A stretch of 64,000 bases of DNA from Dehalococcoidia bacterium (GCA_963663235.2 CAXXNO010000002.1:1-64000); one strand, 5' to 3'; shown: positions 39,585 through 49,666, counted from the stretch's first letter. Translations and numbers: made by a program. Notes: generated from the letters alone by a model not told the origin.

Positions 39585-40130
39585 ATGCGCGCGCTCTCGC
39601 GCCAGCCCGTCTGGTGGCCGGCCACGGCGCTGTTTCTCCTGCTGATCGCCGGTCTCGCGGCGCTCGCCGCCGATCCCGGCGCGTCGGGCGGTCCGGCGCA
39701 GATCCTGCCAGCGGAGCAGCGCGTCATCCGCGTGCACGTCAGCGGTGCGGTGGCCGCACCCGGCGACTACCAACTCGCCGCCGCCGCCAGCGTGGGCGAC
39801 GCCATCGCCGCCGCCGGCGGGTTGGCGCCGGATGCCGGCAGTGACTCCGCGATGGAGCTCCGCCTTTTCGACGGCGCCTCCGTCTTCGTCGGGCGCGCGG
39901 AGGGCGGACCGCCGTCCAGGCCTCAGCCCATCAGCCACCGCATTGATCTGAACCGCGCCTCGGCGGCGGAGCTGGTGGCGCTGCCGGGCATCGGGCCGGG
40001 CCGCGCGCAGGCGTTGATCGAAGCACGGGCGGCGCGGCCGGTCGCCTCGCTGCAAGACGTCGTCGACCGCGGGATCTGGCCGCACTCCGCGGCCGAGCAA
40101 GTGCAGGCGTTCGTCGGAGTCGCTCCGTGA
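39585..40130 (+). CDS. comEA: ComEA family DNA receptor (SLBB + HhH)
   Basis: TM/signal, '[11 protein letters not shown]', '[18 protein letters not shown]'. Confidence 0.85.
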   Translation: MRALSRQPVWWPATALFLLLIAGLAALAADPGASGGPAQILPAEQRVIRVHVSGAVAAPGDYQLAAAASVGDAIAAAGGLAPDAGSDSAMELRLFDGASVFVGRAEGGPPSRPQPISHRIDLNRASAAELVALPGIGPGRAQALIEARAARPVASLQDVVDRGIWPHSAAEQVQAFVGVAP

Positions 40131-42538
40131 CGGCCTCACTTGCCGCGGCGCCCCTGATGCTGGCCTCACTGGCCTTCGTCGCCGGGGTCGCGACGGCGAC
40201 CGGCTTCGCATCGACGGCGGTGGAGCTCGGCGTGTTGGCAGGGATCGCCGCCGCGGGCGGGGTCATCGCGTCCCAGCGCCAACGCTGTTTGCTGGCGCTG
40301 GGGCTGCTGCTGCCGTTGCTCTTCGCCGCCGGTCTGGGACGGGCGGACGATGGCGCTCCGCAGCCGGGCAGCATCGCCGACCTGACAGGCCGTCGCTTGG
40401 AGATCACCGGCGTTCTGTTGGAGGACGCGGCGCGCGGTGGCCGCGATCAAGAGTTGCGGCTGGCGGCGGAATCGGTCGCCCTCGGCAGCGAGCGTCTGCG
40501 CGTCGAGGGCACGGTGCTGCTCCGTGCCCCGCTGGGCCCGTCCTACCGCTACGGCGATCGCGTTCGCGTCATCGTGACGCTGCGGGCGTTGCCCGACGAT
40601 CGCGCCAGCGCCTTTCGCGATTTCCTGGCGGATCGGGGGATCAGCGCCACCGGAACGGCCGGCGACGTCACCGTCCTGGAACGTGACCAAGGCGATCCCT
40701 TGCGGGCCGCGGTCACCGCCGCCCGGCGCGACGTGGACCAGGCACTCGCTCGGGCGCTGGACGAGCCCCTGGCGGGGCTGGCACAGGGCATCGCGACCGG
40801 CCGGCGGGACACGCTGAACCCGGCCCTGCGCGCCGATCTCAACGCCACCAGCCTCTCGCACTTGGTGGTGATCTCGGGGAGCAACGTTGTCATCCTGGCC
40901 ACGCTGATCGTGGCCGGCTTGGCGTGGATCATCGGGCGGCGCTGGGCGGTCTTCGTGGCGCTGGCGTCGATCGGGGTATACACGGTTTTCGTCGGCGCCG
41001 ACGCTCCGGTCGTGCGCGCCGCGATCATGGCGACGATGTTCCTGCTCGCGGGCGTGCTGGGCCGCCGCGGGAGCGCGGCGCCCGCGGTGGCCTTCACAGC
41101 AGCGATCATGCTCGCGATCACGCCGGGCACCATCACCGACCTATCGTTCCAGCTCTCGTTCGCGGCAACATCGGCGCTGGCGGTGCTCGCCTCGCCTCTG
41201 CACGAGCGGATGACGCAGTGGATCGGGCTGCATCCGGAGTCGCAGGGCTTCAGCCCGACGGTGGCGCGCACGCTGCTGGAAACGGCGGTCGTGACGGTGG
41301 CCGCGACGGCGGCCACGCTGCCACTCATCGCGCTGCACTTCGAGCGGATCTCGATCGTGGCGCTGCCGGCGAACCTGCTCGTCGCGCCGATCTTCCCGTT
41401 CCTGTTCCTGGGCAGCCTGATCACCGGGATAGCGGGCGCAATCTCGGAATCGCTTGGGGAGAGCGTGGGCTGGGTCGCCGCCTGGCTGCCGCTGTCCTGG
41501 TTTGTCGAGGTTGGCGAAGGGCTGGCGGACCTGCCGTTCGCGTCGGCGCGGATCGACGGATTCGGCCTGGAGCATGCGTTCGTCCTGTACGGCGCGCTCG
41601 TAGCCGTCGGCGTCTGGCTCCACCGCCGCCGCCCGGCCCCGTCGCCGGCGGCGGCGCGCACCCTAGCGGGCCTCCAGCGTCCGTTGCCCTGGCTCGCGGC
41701 CGGGGTGCTGGTGGCGACGAACGTCGTGGTCTGGTGGGCGGTCGCCGCCGGGAGCGACGGCGCCTTGACCGTGCACGCCCTGGACGTGGGGCAAGGCGAC
41801 GCGATCCTGATCCAGGCGCCCTCCGGCCGGACCATCCTGATCGACGGGGGGGCCAACGAACGGACGCTGATCGAGGAGTTGAGCGAGGCGCTGCCCGCCG
41901 GTCACCGCGAAATCGACCTCGTGGTGGCAACCCATCCGCAGGCGGACCACATCAGCGGTCTTTTCGCCGTCCTCGATCGCTACCGTGTCGGGGCGCTCTT
42001 GGTGACGCCGGAGAACGAGCGGACGGCTGCAGGACGACGACTAGCCGCGGCCGCGCGCGAACGCGGGGTGCCCGTGCAAGCGCTGGCCCTGGGTGACCGG
42101 CTGCTGCTGGCCGATGACATCACCCTGGACGTGATCGCGCCAGCGCCCTCGCTGGGGCTGGACAGCAGTTCCGCGATCAACGACGGCGGACTGGTCCTGC
42201 GTCTGATCCACGGCGAGGTGCAGTTCCTCCTGGCGGCCGACATCGAAGCGGCGGGGGAGCTGGCGCTGGCGCTGGGCCCCGGCGACCTCCGCGCTACGGT
42301 GCTCAAAGTGGCCCACCATGGCAGTCGCTCTTCCACCACGGACCTGCTGCTGCGCCGGGTTCAGCCGGCGATCGTGGTGATCAGCGCCGGCGCCGGCAAT
42401 CGCTTCGGCCACCCGCATGCGGAGGTGCTGGACCGGCTGTCGGGGGCCACGCTGCTGCGCACCGACCACCTGGGCACCATCACCTTCCGCTCCGACGGCG
42501 CGACGCTCCGTTATCACAGCGAACGCTCCCCTCCCTGA
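40127..42538 (+). CDS. comEC: DNA uptake channel ComEC/Rec2 (OB + competence + MBL domains)
   Basis: 'LSHLVVISGSNV', 'VVRAAIM', 'SFQLSFAA', 'ANLL', MBL 'DVGQGDA', 'THPQADH', 'KVAHHGS', 'NRFGHP'. Confidence 0.92.
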   Translation: MTASLAAAPLMLASLAFVAGVATATGFASTAVELGVLAGIAAAGGVIASQRQRCLLALGLLLPLLFAAGLGRADDGAPQPGSIADLTGRRLEITGVLLEDAARGGRDQELRLAAESVALGSERLRVEGTVLLRAPLGPSYRYGDRVRVIVTLRALPDDRASAFRDFLADRGISATGTAGDVTVLERDQGDPLRAAVTAARRDVDQALARALDEPLAGLAQGIATGRRDTLNPALRADLNATSLSHLVVISGSNVVILATLIVAGLAWIIGRRWAVFVALASIGVYTVFVGADAPVVRAAIMATMFLLAGVLGRRGSAAPAVAFTAAIMLAITPGTITDLSFQLSFAATSALAVLASPLHERMTQWIGLHPESQGFSPTVARTLLETAVVTVAATAATLPLIALHFERISIVALPANLLVAPIFPFLFLGSLITGIAGAISESLGESVGWVAAWLPLSWFVEVGEGLADLPFASARIDGFGLEHAFVLYGALVAVGVWLHRRRPAPSPAAARTLAGLQRPLPWLAAGVLVATNVVVWWAVAAGSDGALTVHALDVGQGDAILIQAPSGRTILIDGGANERTLIEELSEALPAGHREIDLVVATHPQADHISGLFAVLDRYRVGALLVTPENERTAAGRRLAAAARERGVPVQALALGDRLLLADDITLDVIAPAPSLGLDSSSAINDGGLVLRLIHGEVQFLLAADIEAAGELALALGPGDLRATVLKVAHHGSRSSTTDLLLRRVQPAIVVISAGAGNRFGHPHAEVLDRLSGATLLRTDHLGTITFRSDGATLRYHSERSPP

Positions 42539-42576
42539 ACGCGACGCTCGGTGCTGGTCCCGGTACACTCTCTGCC

Positions 42577-43314
42577 ATGACCCGCGCCGACGGCCGAACG
42601 CCCACCGAGATCCGTCCGGTGACGATGCATCCGGGATACGTGGTGCATCCAGAGGGATCCGTGTTGATCGAGACGGGGCTCACTCGCGTTCTCTGCACGG
42701 TGTCGACGGAGGAGCGTGTGCCCGCCTTTCTGCGCGGTACCAGCGCCGGCTGGGTGACGGCCGAGTACGGCATGTTGCCGCGCAGCACCAACACGCGCAC
42801 GCCGCGCGAGGCCTCCCGCACCGGCGGGCGCACGCAGGAGATCCAGCGGCTGATCGGCCGCAGCCTGCGAGCGGTCACGAATCTGGACATCCTGGGAGAG
42901 CGCACCTTCACCGTCGATTGTGACGTCATTCAGGCCGACGGCGGCACGCGCACGGCGGCGATCACCGGCGGATTCGTGGCGCTCTCCCTGGCCATGCACA
43001 AGCTGGTGGCGGCCGGCATCTACAGCGCGCTGCCGTTGAATGAGGCAGTCGCCGCCACGAGCGTGGGGCTGGTGGAAGGCGCAGCGCTCCTGGACCTCAC
43101 GTACGCCGAGGATTCCGGCGCCGACGTCGACTTCAACGTGGTCAAGACGGCGGGCGGCGACTATGTCGAGGTGCAAGGAACCGCCGAGGGCGAGCCGTTC
43201 CCGCGTCGATTGCTGGACAGCATCCTGGACGTCGCCGACGAGGGCTTGGAGGTCCTCTTCCGCCTGCAACGGGAGACCATCGAGCGCGCGGTCGCGGCCG
43301 ACGCTCAGGCGTAA
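42577..43314 (+). CDS. rph: Ribonuclease PH
   Basis: 'WVTAEYGMLPRST', 'RTQEIQRLIGRSLR', 'DVIQADGGTRTA', 'EVQGTAE'. Confidence 0.96.
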   Translation: MTRADGRTPTEIRPVTMHPGYVVHPEGSVLIETGLTRVLCTVSTEERVPAFLRGTSAGWVTAEYGMLPRSTNTRTPREASRTGGRTQEIQRLIGRSLRAVTNLDILGERTFTVDCDVIQADGGTRTAAITGGFVALSLAMHKLVAAGIYSALPLNEAVAATSVGLVEGAALLDLTYAEDSGADVDFNVVKTAGGDYVEVQGTAEGEPFPRRLLDSILDVADEGLEVLFRLQRETIERAVAADAQA

Positions 43315-43961
43315 TCGCCCAGGAACGTCCCGCCCAGCACGTGCACGTGCCCCAGCTCCCCGCCCGGCAGGAGAACGTCGCCCGGGAAGTTGGAGACCAA
43401 CCGAAACCCGTTGGGACTCAGGGACCAACCGGTATCAACGATGTCCGCTCCGAACCGGCGGATGTCGCTCCATAGTTCAGCCTGCGGCTGCGCGGGTCCC
43501 GCCGGGACGGACAGGACGGTCACCGGCGCCTCGGGAACGAACGGCCGCTCGTCGTAGAAGACGGCGTGCTCCGTCCGGGAGATCTCGTGCTCACGCTTCG
43601 CCACGACCTGGACGATCGGCCGTCGCGGCTGCTCTCGCAGCTCCAGTTGCGCCTCGGTGCCATCGAGGATATGGATGTGGCCGTGGGGCTGGCTCTGCAT
43701 GGCCAGTTGCCCGAAGTTGGAGACCAGCCGGAAGCCGTCGGAGGCGTGCTCGCGGCCCATCTGCGCGGCTACCCTCCCCACCGGGCCCAGGTCTTCCCAC
43801 AGCTCGCTCTGGGTGCGATGCGTCTTGGGCACGGCCAGCAGCATGACCCGCGACCAGCCCAGGACGTTCTCGAAGACGATCACGTCCCGGTCCTCGTAGC
43901 GGACCTTGGCCGGCTCACGGCCCTCAGCGATGGCGCAGAACGTGCAGTTGCGGCTCATCAT
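43305..43961 (-). CDS. Tandem double-HIT-domain protein
   Basis: 'CTFCAI', first HIT 'QPHGHIHIL'; second repeat 'GFRLVSNF...LGHVHVLGG'. Confidence 0.8.
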   Translation of the reverse strand: MMSRNCTFCAIAEGREPAKVRYEDRDVIVFENVLGWSRVMLLAVPKTHRTQSELWEDLGPVGRVAAQMGREHASDGFRLVSNFGQLAMQSQPHGHIHILDGTEAQLELREQPRRPIVQVVAKREHEISRTEHAVFYDERPFVPEAPVTVLSVPAGPAQPQAELWSDIRRFGADIVDTGWSLSPNGFRLVSNFPGDVLLPGGELGHVHVLGGTFLGDYA

Positions 43962-44016
43962 GGGAGCGGCCCGCCGGGCGGGCCGGCCGCGAGTGTATGC
44001 GTGCCTCCCGCTTTCA

Positions 44017-44056
44017 ATCAACGCAGCCGGGCAATCATCAACGCAGCCGGGCAATC
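44017..44056. repeat. Perfect 20-bp tandem duplication in a divergent intergenic region
   Basis: ATCAACGCAGCCGGGCAATC x2. Confidence 0.9.
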
Positions 44057-44121
44057 GACGCAGGCGGGCGCGGCCCGCTGCTATGCTCCCTCTCGAACGC
44101 CGAAGTCTGAGGGAGGTCCCA

Positions 44122-45408
44122 GTGCCGGACCTGCGGCCGTTTCGCGGGCTGCGCTATGACCCCGCCGCCGTCGACGACTGGGGCGCCGTCCTGGGCCCGC
44201 CCTACGACGTGGTGGACGCCGCCGAACGGGCCGCCCTGACCGCCCGCAGCCCGTACCAGATCAACCACATCGAGTCGGCGTCCGGGGAGCCGGCGATCGC
44301 CCGCGCGGCCGAACAGTTGGAGCAGTGGCAGCGTCGCGGCGTCCTGCGTCGCGACGAGCGGCCGAGCTACTACCTGCACGAGCATCTCTTCCAGCACGAG
44401 GAGCGAGAGCGCATTCGGCTCTGCTTCTTCGTGCGCGCCCGCCTCACGCCCTGGGGCACGGGTGAGATCCGGCCGCACGAGTGGACCATGAGCGGTCCGC
44501 GGGAGGAGCGCGCGAGCCTGCGCCGGGCGACCCGCGCCGACATCTCACCGGTGTTCGCGATCGCCCCGGACCGCTGGGGCGGGCTGGGCGCGCTCCTCGC
44601 CGATGCCTTGCGCCGGCCCGTCGTGGCCGCGGGCGTCGACGCCGCGGGCGACCACCACCGCTTGCGCGTGATCAACGAGCCGGCCTCGATCGCGGCCCTC
44701 CAAGCCGCGCTCGAGGCCGAGCCCGTCTACATCGCCGACGGGCATCACCGCTACGAGTCGGCGTTGGCCGATCGCGAGCAGCGCGCCGCGGCGACCGAGG
44801 CGTGGACGGGTGACGAGCCCGAGAACTTCGTGCTCATGGGCATCGTCCGCGCCGCCGACCCCGGCCTTGTGGTGAGTGCGACGCACCGCCTGGTTCACTC
44901 CGGCCAGAGGCCGCCCAACCTCGTGGCGACGCTGCGGTCCCGCTTTCAGGTCGAAGAGGTGGGCGGTCCGAGCGCGGGACCGGGTCCACTCTTGCGCCGG
45001 ATGCAGGAGGCCGGAGGCCGTGCGCCGGCCATCGGCGCTCTGGGGCTGGAGGAGTCGCGCTGCCATCTCTTGATCGCCGACGAGCGCACCCGGGCGGCGC
45101 TGCCGGCCCGTCTGCCGCCGTCCTGGCGCGACCTGGACATGGCCCTGCTGCAGGGGGCGCTCCTGGAGCCGCTCCTCGGTGTCGACGACGCCGCGCTCAG
45201 GGGGGGCGAGGCCATGACCTACACCCACGATGCGGTAGCGGCCTTCGCCGCCGTGCGGGACGGCCGCGCCTGGTGCGCCTTGCTGCTCAACCCGCCCGCG
45301 CTGGAGCAGGTCTTCGCCAGCGCCGACTGCGGCGATCGCATGCCGCAGAAGAGCACCTATTTCTTGCCCAAGCTGCCCACGGGGGTGGTGCTCTACTCGT
45401 TCCGCTAG
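44122..45408 (+). CDS. DUF1015 family protein (ParB/Srx-like DGHHR motif)
   Basis: 'RPFRGLRY', 'PPYDV', 'PHE', 'YIADGHHRYE', 'MPQKSTYFLPKLPTG'. Confidence 0.88.
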   Translation: MPDLRPFRGLRYDPAAVDDWGAVLGPPYDVVDAAERAALTARSPYQINHIESASGEPAIARAAEQLEQWQRRGVLRRDERPSYYLHEHLFQHEERERIRLCFFVRARLTPWGTGEIRPHEWTMSGPREERASLRRATRADISPVFAIAPDRWGGLGALLADALRRPVVAAGVDAAGDHHRLRVINEPASIAALQAALEAEPVYIADGHHRYESALADREQRAAATEAWTGDEPENFVLMGIVRAADPGLVVSATHRLVHSGQRPPNLVATLRSRFQVEEVGGPSAGPGPLLRRMQEAGGRAPAIGALGLEESRCHLLIADERTRAALPARLPPSWRDLDMALLQGALLEPLLGVDDAALRGGEAMTYTHDAVAAFAAVRDGRAWCALLLNPPALEQVFASADCGDRMPQKSTYFLPKLPTGVVLYSFR

Positions 45409-45429
45409 GGGGGCGCTAGCGGGCGGCGG

Positions 45430-47022
45430 TTAGATCCGCGCCTGCACCACGCTCTCGATGCCGGGAATCGCCGCGATGCGCTGCGACTCGTCGGGGCTCA
45501 GCTCGCGGTCGATCGTGAGGACCATCAGCGCCATGCTACGGTCGCGCCGGCCGACATCCATGGCGGAGATGTTCACGTCCATGGCTCCCAACTGGGTGCC
45601 GACCGCGCCGACGCGGCCGGGCACGTCCTCATTCTCCAAGATGAGGATGTGTGCGTGCCCCTCGCGCTCTCCGCCGCGGGAGACGTCGACCGTGGCGCCG
45701 TTGATCTCGACGATGTGCGGCTCGCCGTGCGCGATGGTGCCGGCGACGTGGACCTCGCCGCCCGCGGTGGTCAGGCGCACGGCGATCTGGTTGGCGTAAG
45801 GGGCGGCCTCGTGCCCTTTCTCCTCGGTCACCTGCCAGCCGCGACCGGCGATGATGTTGTTGACCGAGACCAAATTGACGCGCTCCTCGCTGATCGTGGC
45901 GAGCAGGCCGGCGATGGTCGCCGCCTTGAGCGCCGTGACGTCGTGGTTGGCGATCTCGCCCTCGTAGTCGATCCGCACCGCCCGCCATTGGCCGGAGGCG
46001 AGTTGCGTGGCCAGCGTGCCGCACATCTTCGCCACGTCCAGGTACGGCCCCACCACCTCCAGCGTCTCCGGATCGACGAAGGGCGCGTTGACCGCCGCCG
46101 TCGCCGGCCGGCCATCGAGCACCAGTTGCACTTCGCGGGCCACGTCCAGGGCCACCTGCTCCTGCGCCTCGGCTGTCGACGCGCCCAGGTGGGGTGTGGA
46201 GACCACGCGCGGGTGTTGCAGCAAGGGGTTGTCGCCCGGGGGCTCATGCTCGAAGACATCGAGCGCTGCGCCGGCCAGGTGTCCCGTGTTCAGCGCCTCC
46301 AAGAGCGCGGTCTCGTCCACCAGTCCGCCGCGGGCCGTGTTGACGATCCGGGCGCCGGGCTTCATCAGCGCGATCTGCTCTCGCCCGATGATGCCGGCCG
46401 TCTCCGTGGTGAGCGCCGTGTGCAGCGTGATGAAGTCGGAGCGTTTGAGCAGCTCCTCCAGCGGCGCCAGTTCGACCCCCAACATGCGCGCGTGCTCATC
46501 GGGCACGTAGGGGTCGCAGGCGAGCACCGTCATCTCCAGAGCGTGCAGCCGCCGGGCGACCGCCGCGCCCACCCGCCCGAGCCCGATCACGCCGGCCACC
46601 TTGCCCCGCAACTCCACCCCGACAAACGCCCCGCGGTCCCAAGCGCCCTGCCGCAGGCTGCTGTCCGCCTGGGGCAGGCGGCGGGCCAGCGCCATCAGCA
46701 GCGCGACCGCCAGCTCAGCCGCCGACACCGTGTTGCCCGCCGGGGCGTTCACCACCACGATGCCCCGTTCCGTGGCGGCATTGACATCGATGTTGTCGAC
46801 GCCCACGCCGGCGCGGGCAATCACGCGCAGCTTCGCGCCGGCCTCGATCACCGCTCGCGTGACCTTGGTTTCGCTGCGGACCACCAGCGCGTCGTAGTCG
46901 GGGATGGCGGCGATCAGCGCGTCGGGGCTCAGGCCCGGGCGCTCATCCACGCGGGCCCGCTGCGCCAGCAGGTCGAGGCCCTCCCGCGCGATCGAGTCAG
47001 CGACGAGGACGCGCTCGTTCAC
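45430..47022 (-). CDS. serA: D-3-phosphoglycerate dehydrogenase (ASB + ACT)
   Basis: 'VVRSETKV', 'RAGVGVDNID', 'NAPAGN', 'GLGRVG', 'NTARGG', 'TPHLGAST', ACT 'NEDVPG'. Confidence 0.94.
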   Translation of the reverse strand: MNERVLVADSIAREGLDLLAQRARVDERPGLSPDALIAAIPDYDALVVRSETKVTRAVIEAGAKLRVIARAGVGVDNIDVNAATERGIVVVNAPAGNTVSAAELAVALLMALARRLPQADSSLRQGAWDRGAFVGVELRGKVAGVIGLGRVGAAVARRLHALEMTVLACDPYVPDEHARMLGVELAPLEELLKRSDFITLHTALTTETAGIIGREQIALMKPGARIVNTARGGLVDETALLEALNTGHLAGAALDVFEHEPPGDNPLLQHPRVVSTPHLGASTAEAQEQVALDVAREVQLVLDGRPATAAVNAPFVDPETLEVVGPYLDVAKMCGTLATQLASGQWRAVRIDYEGEIANHDVTALKAATIAGLLATISEERVNLVSVNNIIAGRGWQVTEEKGHEAAPYANQIAVRLTTAGGEVHVAGTIAHGEPHIVEINGATVDVSRGGEREGHAHILILENEDVPGRVGAVGTQLGAMDVNISAMDVGRRDRSMALMVLTIDRELSPDESQRIAAIPGIESVVQARI

Positions 47023-47024
47023 CG

Positions 47025-48131
47025 TCAGGCGCGCGGCGGGGCGGGGGCGGGGTGGCCCAGCTCGCTGAGGCTGCGCCCTAACGCCTCCAGAGCTCGATCC
47101 ATGTCGGCCTCGTCCACCCAACCAAGGTGTCCCAGGCGGATGATCCGGCCGGCGAGCCTCGCCTGGCCGCCCGCCACCACCGTGTTATGCCGCTCGCGCG
47201 CCTGCTTGGCGAGCTCCACGCCGTCGACGCCGTCGGGCAGGCGCAGGGCCGTCACCGTGTTGGAAGCGAAGCGCTCATCGGCGAAGAGTTCCAGCCCCAG
47301 CGCCTTGGCGCCGTCGCGCGTGCGCGCGGCGACGCGGGCGTGGCGCGCGAAGATGGCGTCCGGACCTTCCGCGCGCATCCGCTCCAGCGCCACGTCCAGC
47401 CCGTACATGACGGGGATTCCGGGCGTCGCGGGCGTCTGGCCCTTGGCGGCCGCGTCCCGGTACTGGCGCGCGTCCAGGTAGAACCGGGGCATGGCCGCCG
47501 TCTCGGCGGCGGCCCAGGCTTTATCGCTGAGGGCGAGCATCGCCAGCCCGGGCGGCGCCTGCCAGCCCTTCTGCGAGGCGGTGACCACGACATCGATGCC
47601 CCACACGTCCATCGCCAGCGCGATCGAGCCCAGGCTGGAGACCGCATCCACCAGGAGCAAGGCGTCGCTCTGGGCATGGACCGCCTCCGCGATCTCGCGC
47701 AGGGGGTTGGTGATCCCAGTGGAGGTCTCGTTGTGCGTGACGAGCACAGCGCGATAGTCGCCGCCGCGTCGCAGCGCCTCTCGCACCGCCTCGGGATCGG
47801 CGGCGCGGCCCCATTCCACTTCCAAGCGGGTGACGTCCGCGCCGTACAGCCGGGCGATCTCCGCAAAGCGGTCACCGAAAGCGCCGTTCGTGACGGCCAG
47901 CACAGGGTCGCCCGGCGAGAGCGTGTTGACGACGGCCGCTTCCATTCCCCCCGTACCGCCGCACGTCATCAGGAGCACGTCGTTGGCGGTCTGGAAAAAC
48001 GGCCGCAACCCCTCCGTCAGGCGCGCCAACAGCGCGGCGAACTCTGGTCCACGGTGGTTGATCATCTGCCGCCCTACCGCCTCCAGGACAGCGGGCGGGC
48101 AGGGGGTCGGGCCGGGCACACGCAGATTCAC
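47025..48131 (-). CDS. Class V PLP aminotransferase (serine-pyruvate/alanine-glyoxylate type; probably serves as phosphoserine aminotransferase)
   Basis: 'PGPTP', 'INHRGPEF', 'HNETSTG', 'VDAVSS', 'SQKG', 'RLGHLG'; co-oriented just upstream of serA. Confidence 0.88.
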   Translation of the reverse strand: MNLRVPGPTPCPPAVLEAVGRQMINHRGPEFAALLARLTEGLRPFFQTANDVLLMTCGGTGGMEAAVVNTLSPGDPVLAVTNGAFGDRFAEIARLYGADVTRLEVEWGRAADPEAVREALRRGGDYRAVLVTHNETSTGITNPLREIAEAVHAQSDALLLVDAVSSLGSIALAMDVWGIDVVVTASQKGWQAPPGLAMLALSDKAWAAAETAAMPRFYLDARQYRDAAAKGQTPATPGIPVMYGLDVALERMRAEGPDAIFARHARVAARTRDGAKALGLELFADERFASNTVTALRLPDGVDGVELAKQARERHNTVVAGGQARLAGRIIRLGHLGWVDEADMDRALEALGRSLSELGHPAPAPPRA

Positions 48132-48230
48132 GAAGAAACCTCCTGAGGGAAGACCGTCCCGATGATACGAGCGGCCGCCGAAGCGGAGCAACCAAGCCGG
48201 CGACTTCGCGTCGATGGTAGGGTTGGGATT

Positions 48231-49610
48231 GTGACCAACCCGTATCGCACATTGCCCAGCGTCGATCGGCTGCTCCAGCACCCGGCAGTCGCGCGGCTGC
48301 GCGATCGCTACCCGAACGGCCGCCTCACGACCCACGCGCGCGCCGTGCTGGACCGGGCGCGGGCGTCGCTGGCAGCCTCCTCCGATGCCGACGGCGGCGC
48401 CGACCTGGAGGCCCTGGCGCAGGCAGTCGTCGCCAGTGTCGAAGGGGCGACGACGCCCTCGCTGCGACCGGTCCTCAACGCCACCGGCGTGATCCTGCAC
48501 ACGAACCTGGGGCGCGCGCCCTTGTCCGCGGCAGCCCTGGCCGCGATGGAGCGGGCGGGCCGGGGCTATTCCAACCTGGAGTTCGATCTCGCCGCCGGCA
48601 AGCGGGGCTCCCGTTTCGCCCATCTGACCGCGCTCCTGCGTGAGGCGACCGGCGCCGAGGCGGGGCTGGCCGTCAACAACAACGCCTCCGCGCTCCTGCT
48701 GGCGCTCTCCGCTCTGGCGGCGGACCGGGAGGTGATCGTGAGCCGGGGCCAGGCCGTGGAGATCGGGGGCGGCTTTCGCATCCCGGACGTCCTGCGCCAG
48801 AGCGGCGCGACGCTGGTGGAGGTCGGCACGACCAACCGGACCCACGCCGACGACTACGGCGACGCCCTCAACCAGCGCACGGCGGCCATCCTGCGGGTGC
48901 ACGCCAGCAACTTCAAGATCGTCGGCTTCACGGCGCAGCCCGCGCTGACCGAGCTGCGCCGGCTGGCGAGCGACGCCGGCGTGCTCCTCCTAGACGACCT
49001 GGGCAGCGGCTGTCTGCTGGACACCACCCGCTACGGGCTGGCGCCGGAGCCGCGCGTGCAGGAAAGCGTCGCCACCGGTGTGGACCTCACGATGTTCTCC
49101 GGCGACAAACTGCTGGGCGGGCCGCAGGCAGGCCTGATCGTCGGTCGCGCCGATCTCATTGAGCGCCTGCGCCGCCACCCCCTGGCGCGCGCGCTGCGCC
49201 CGGACAAGTCGGCTATCGCCGGCCTGGCCGCAACGCTGGCGCACTACCTCCATGATCAAGCGGAGACGGAGATCCCCGTGTGGCGGATGATCGCCGCGCC
49301 CGCCGACGGGCTGCGCGATCGAGCGGAGGCGTGGCGCACGGCGATCGCGGCGGGCTCAGTAGAGCCGTCGCGATCGATGGTGGGAGGGGGATCGTTGCCG
49401 GACGAGAGCCTGCCGACGTTCGTCCTGGCCCTGAGAGAGCCGCGGACAGACGCCGGATCGCTGGCGGCGGCGCTGCGCGGCGGCGACCCACCGCTGATCG
49501 CGCGGGTGGAGCACGACGCCGTCCTGCTGGACCCGCGCACCATCGACCCCAGCGAGGATGCCGCCGTCGTCACGGCGCTGCGGTCGGCCCTCTCGGGAGA
49601 GGGCCGCTAG
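48231..49610 (+). CDS. selA: L-seryl-tRNA(Sec) selenium transferase
   Basis: 'VLNATGVILHTNLGRAPL', 'YSNLEFDL..GKRGSR', 'VNNNA', 'EIGGGFRIPD', 'EVGTTNRT', 'FSGDKLLGGPQAG'. Confidence 0.94.
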   Translation: MTNPYRTLPSVDRLLQHPAVARLRDRYPNGRLTTHARAVLDRARASLAASSDADGGADLEALAQAVVASVEGATTPSLRPVLNATGVILHTNLGRAPLSAAALAAMERAGRGYSNLEFDLAAGKRGSRFAHLTALLREATGAEAGLAVNNNASALLLALSALAADREVIVSRGQAVEIGGGFRIPDVLRQSGATLVEVGTTNRTHADDYGDALNQRTAAILRVHASNFKIVGFTAQPALTELRRLASDAGVLLLDDLGSGCLLDTTRYGLAPEPRVQESVATGVDLTMFSGDKLLGGPQAGLIVGRADLIERLRRHPLARALRPDKSAIAGLAATLAHYLHDQAETEIPVWRMIAAPADGLRDRAEAWRTAIAAGSVEPSRSMVGGGSLPDESLPTFVLALREPRTDAGSLAAALRGGDPPLIARVEHDAVLLDPRTIDPSEDAAVVTALRSALSGEGR

Positions 49611-49666
49611 GCGCCGTCGCGGCGTCGCTCCCGGCGTATCTGCCCGTAAAATGGGCGCGGAAGGGA

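Noticed and set aside
47025-48902. 625-aa aminotransferase ORF
   Set aside because: The first ~257 codons are antisense to selA; the real gene starts at GTG 48131
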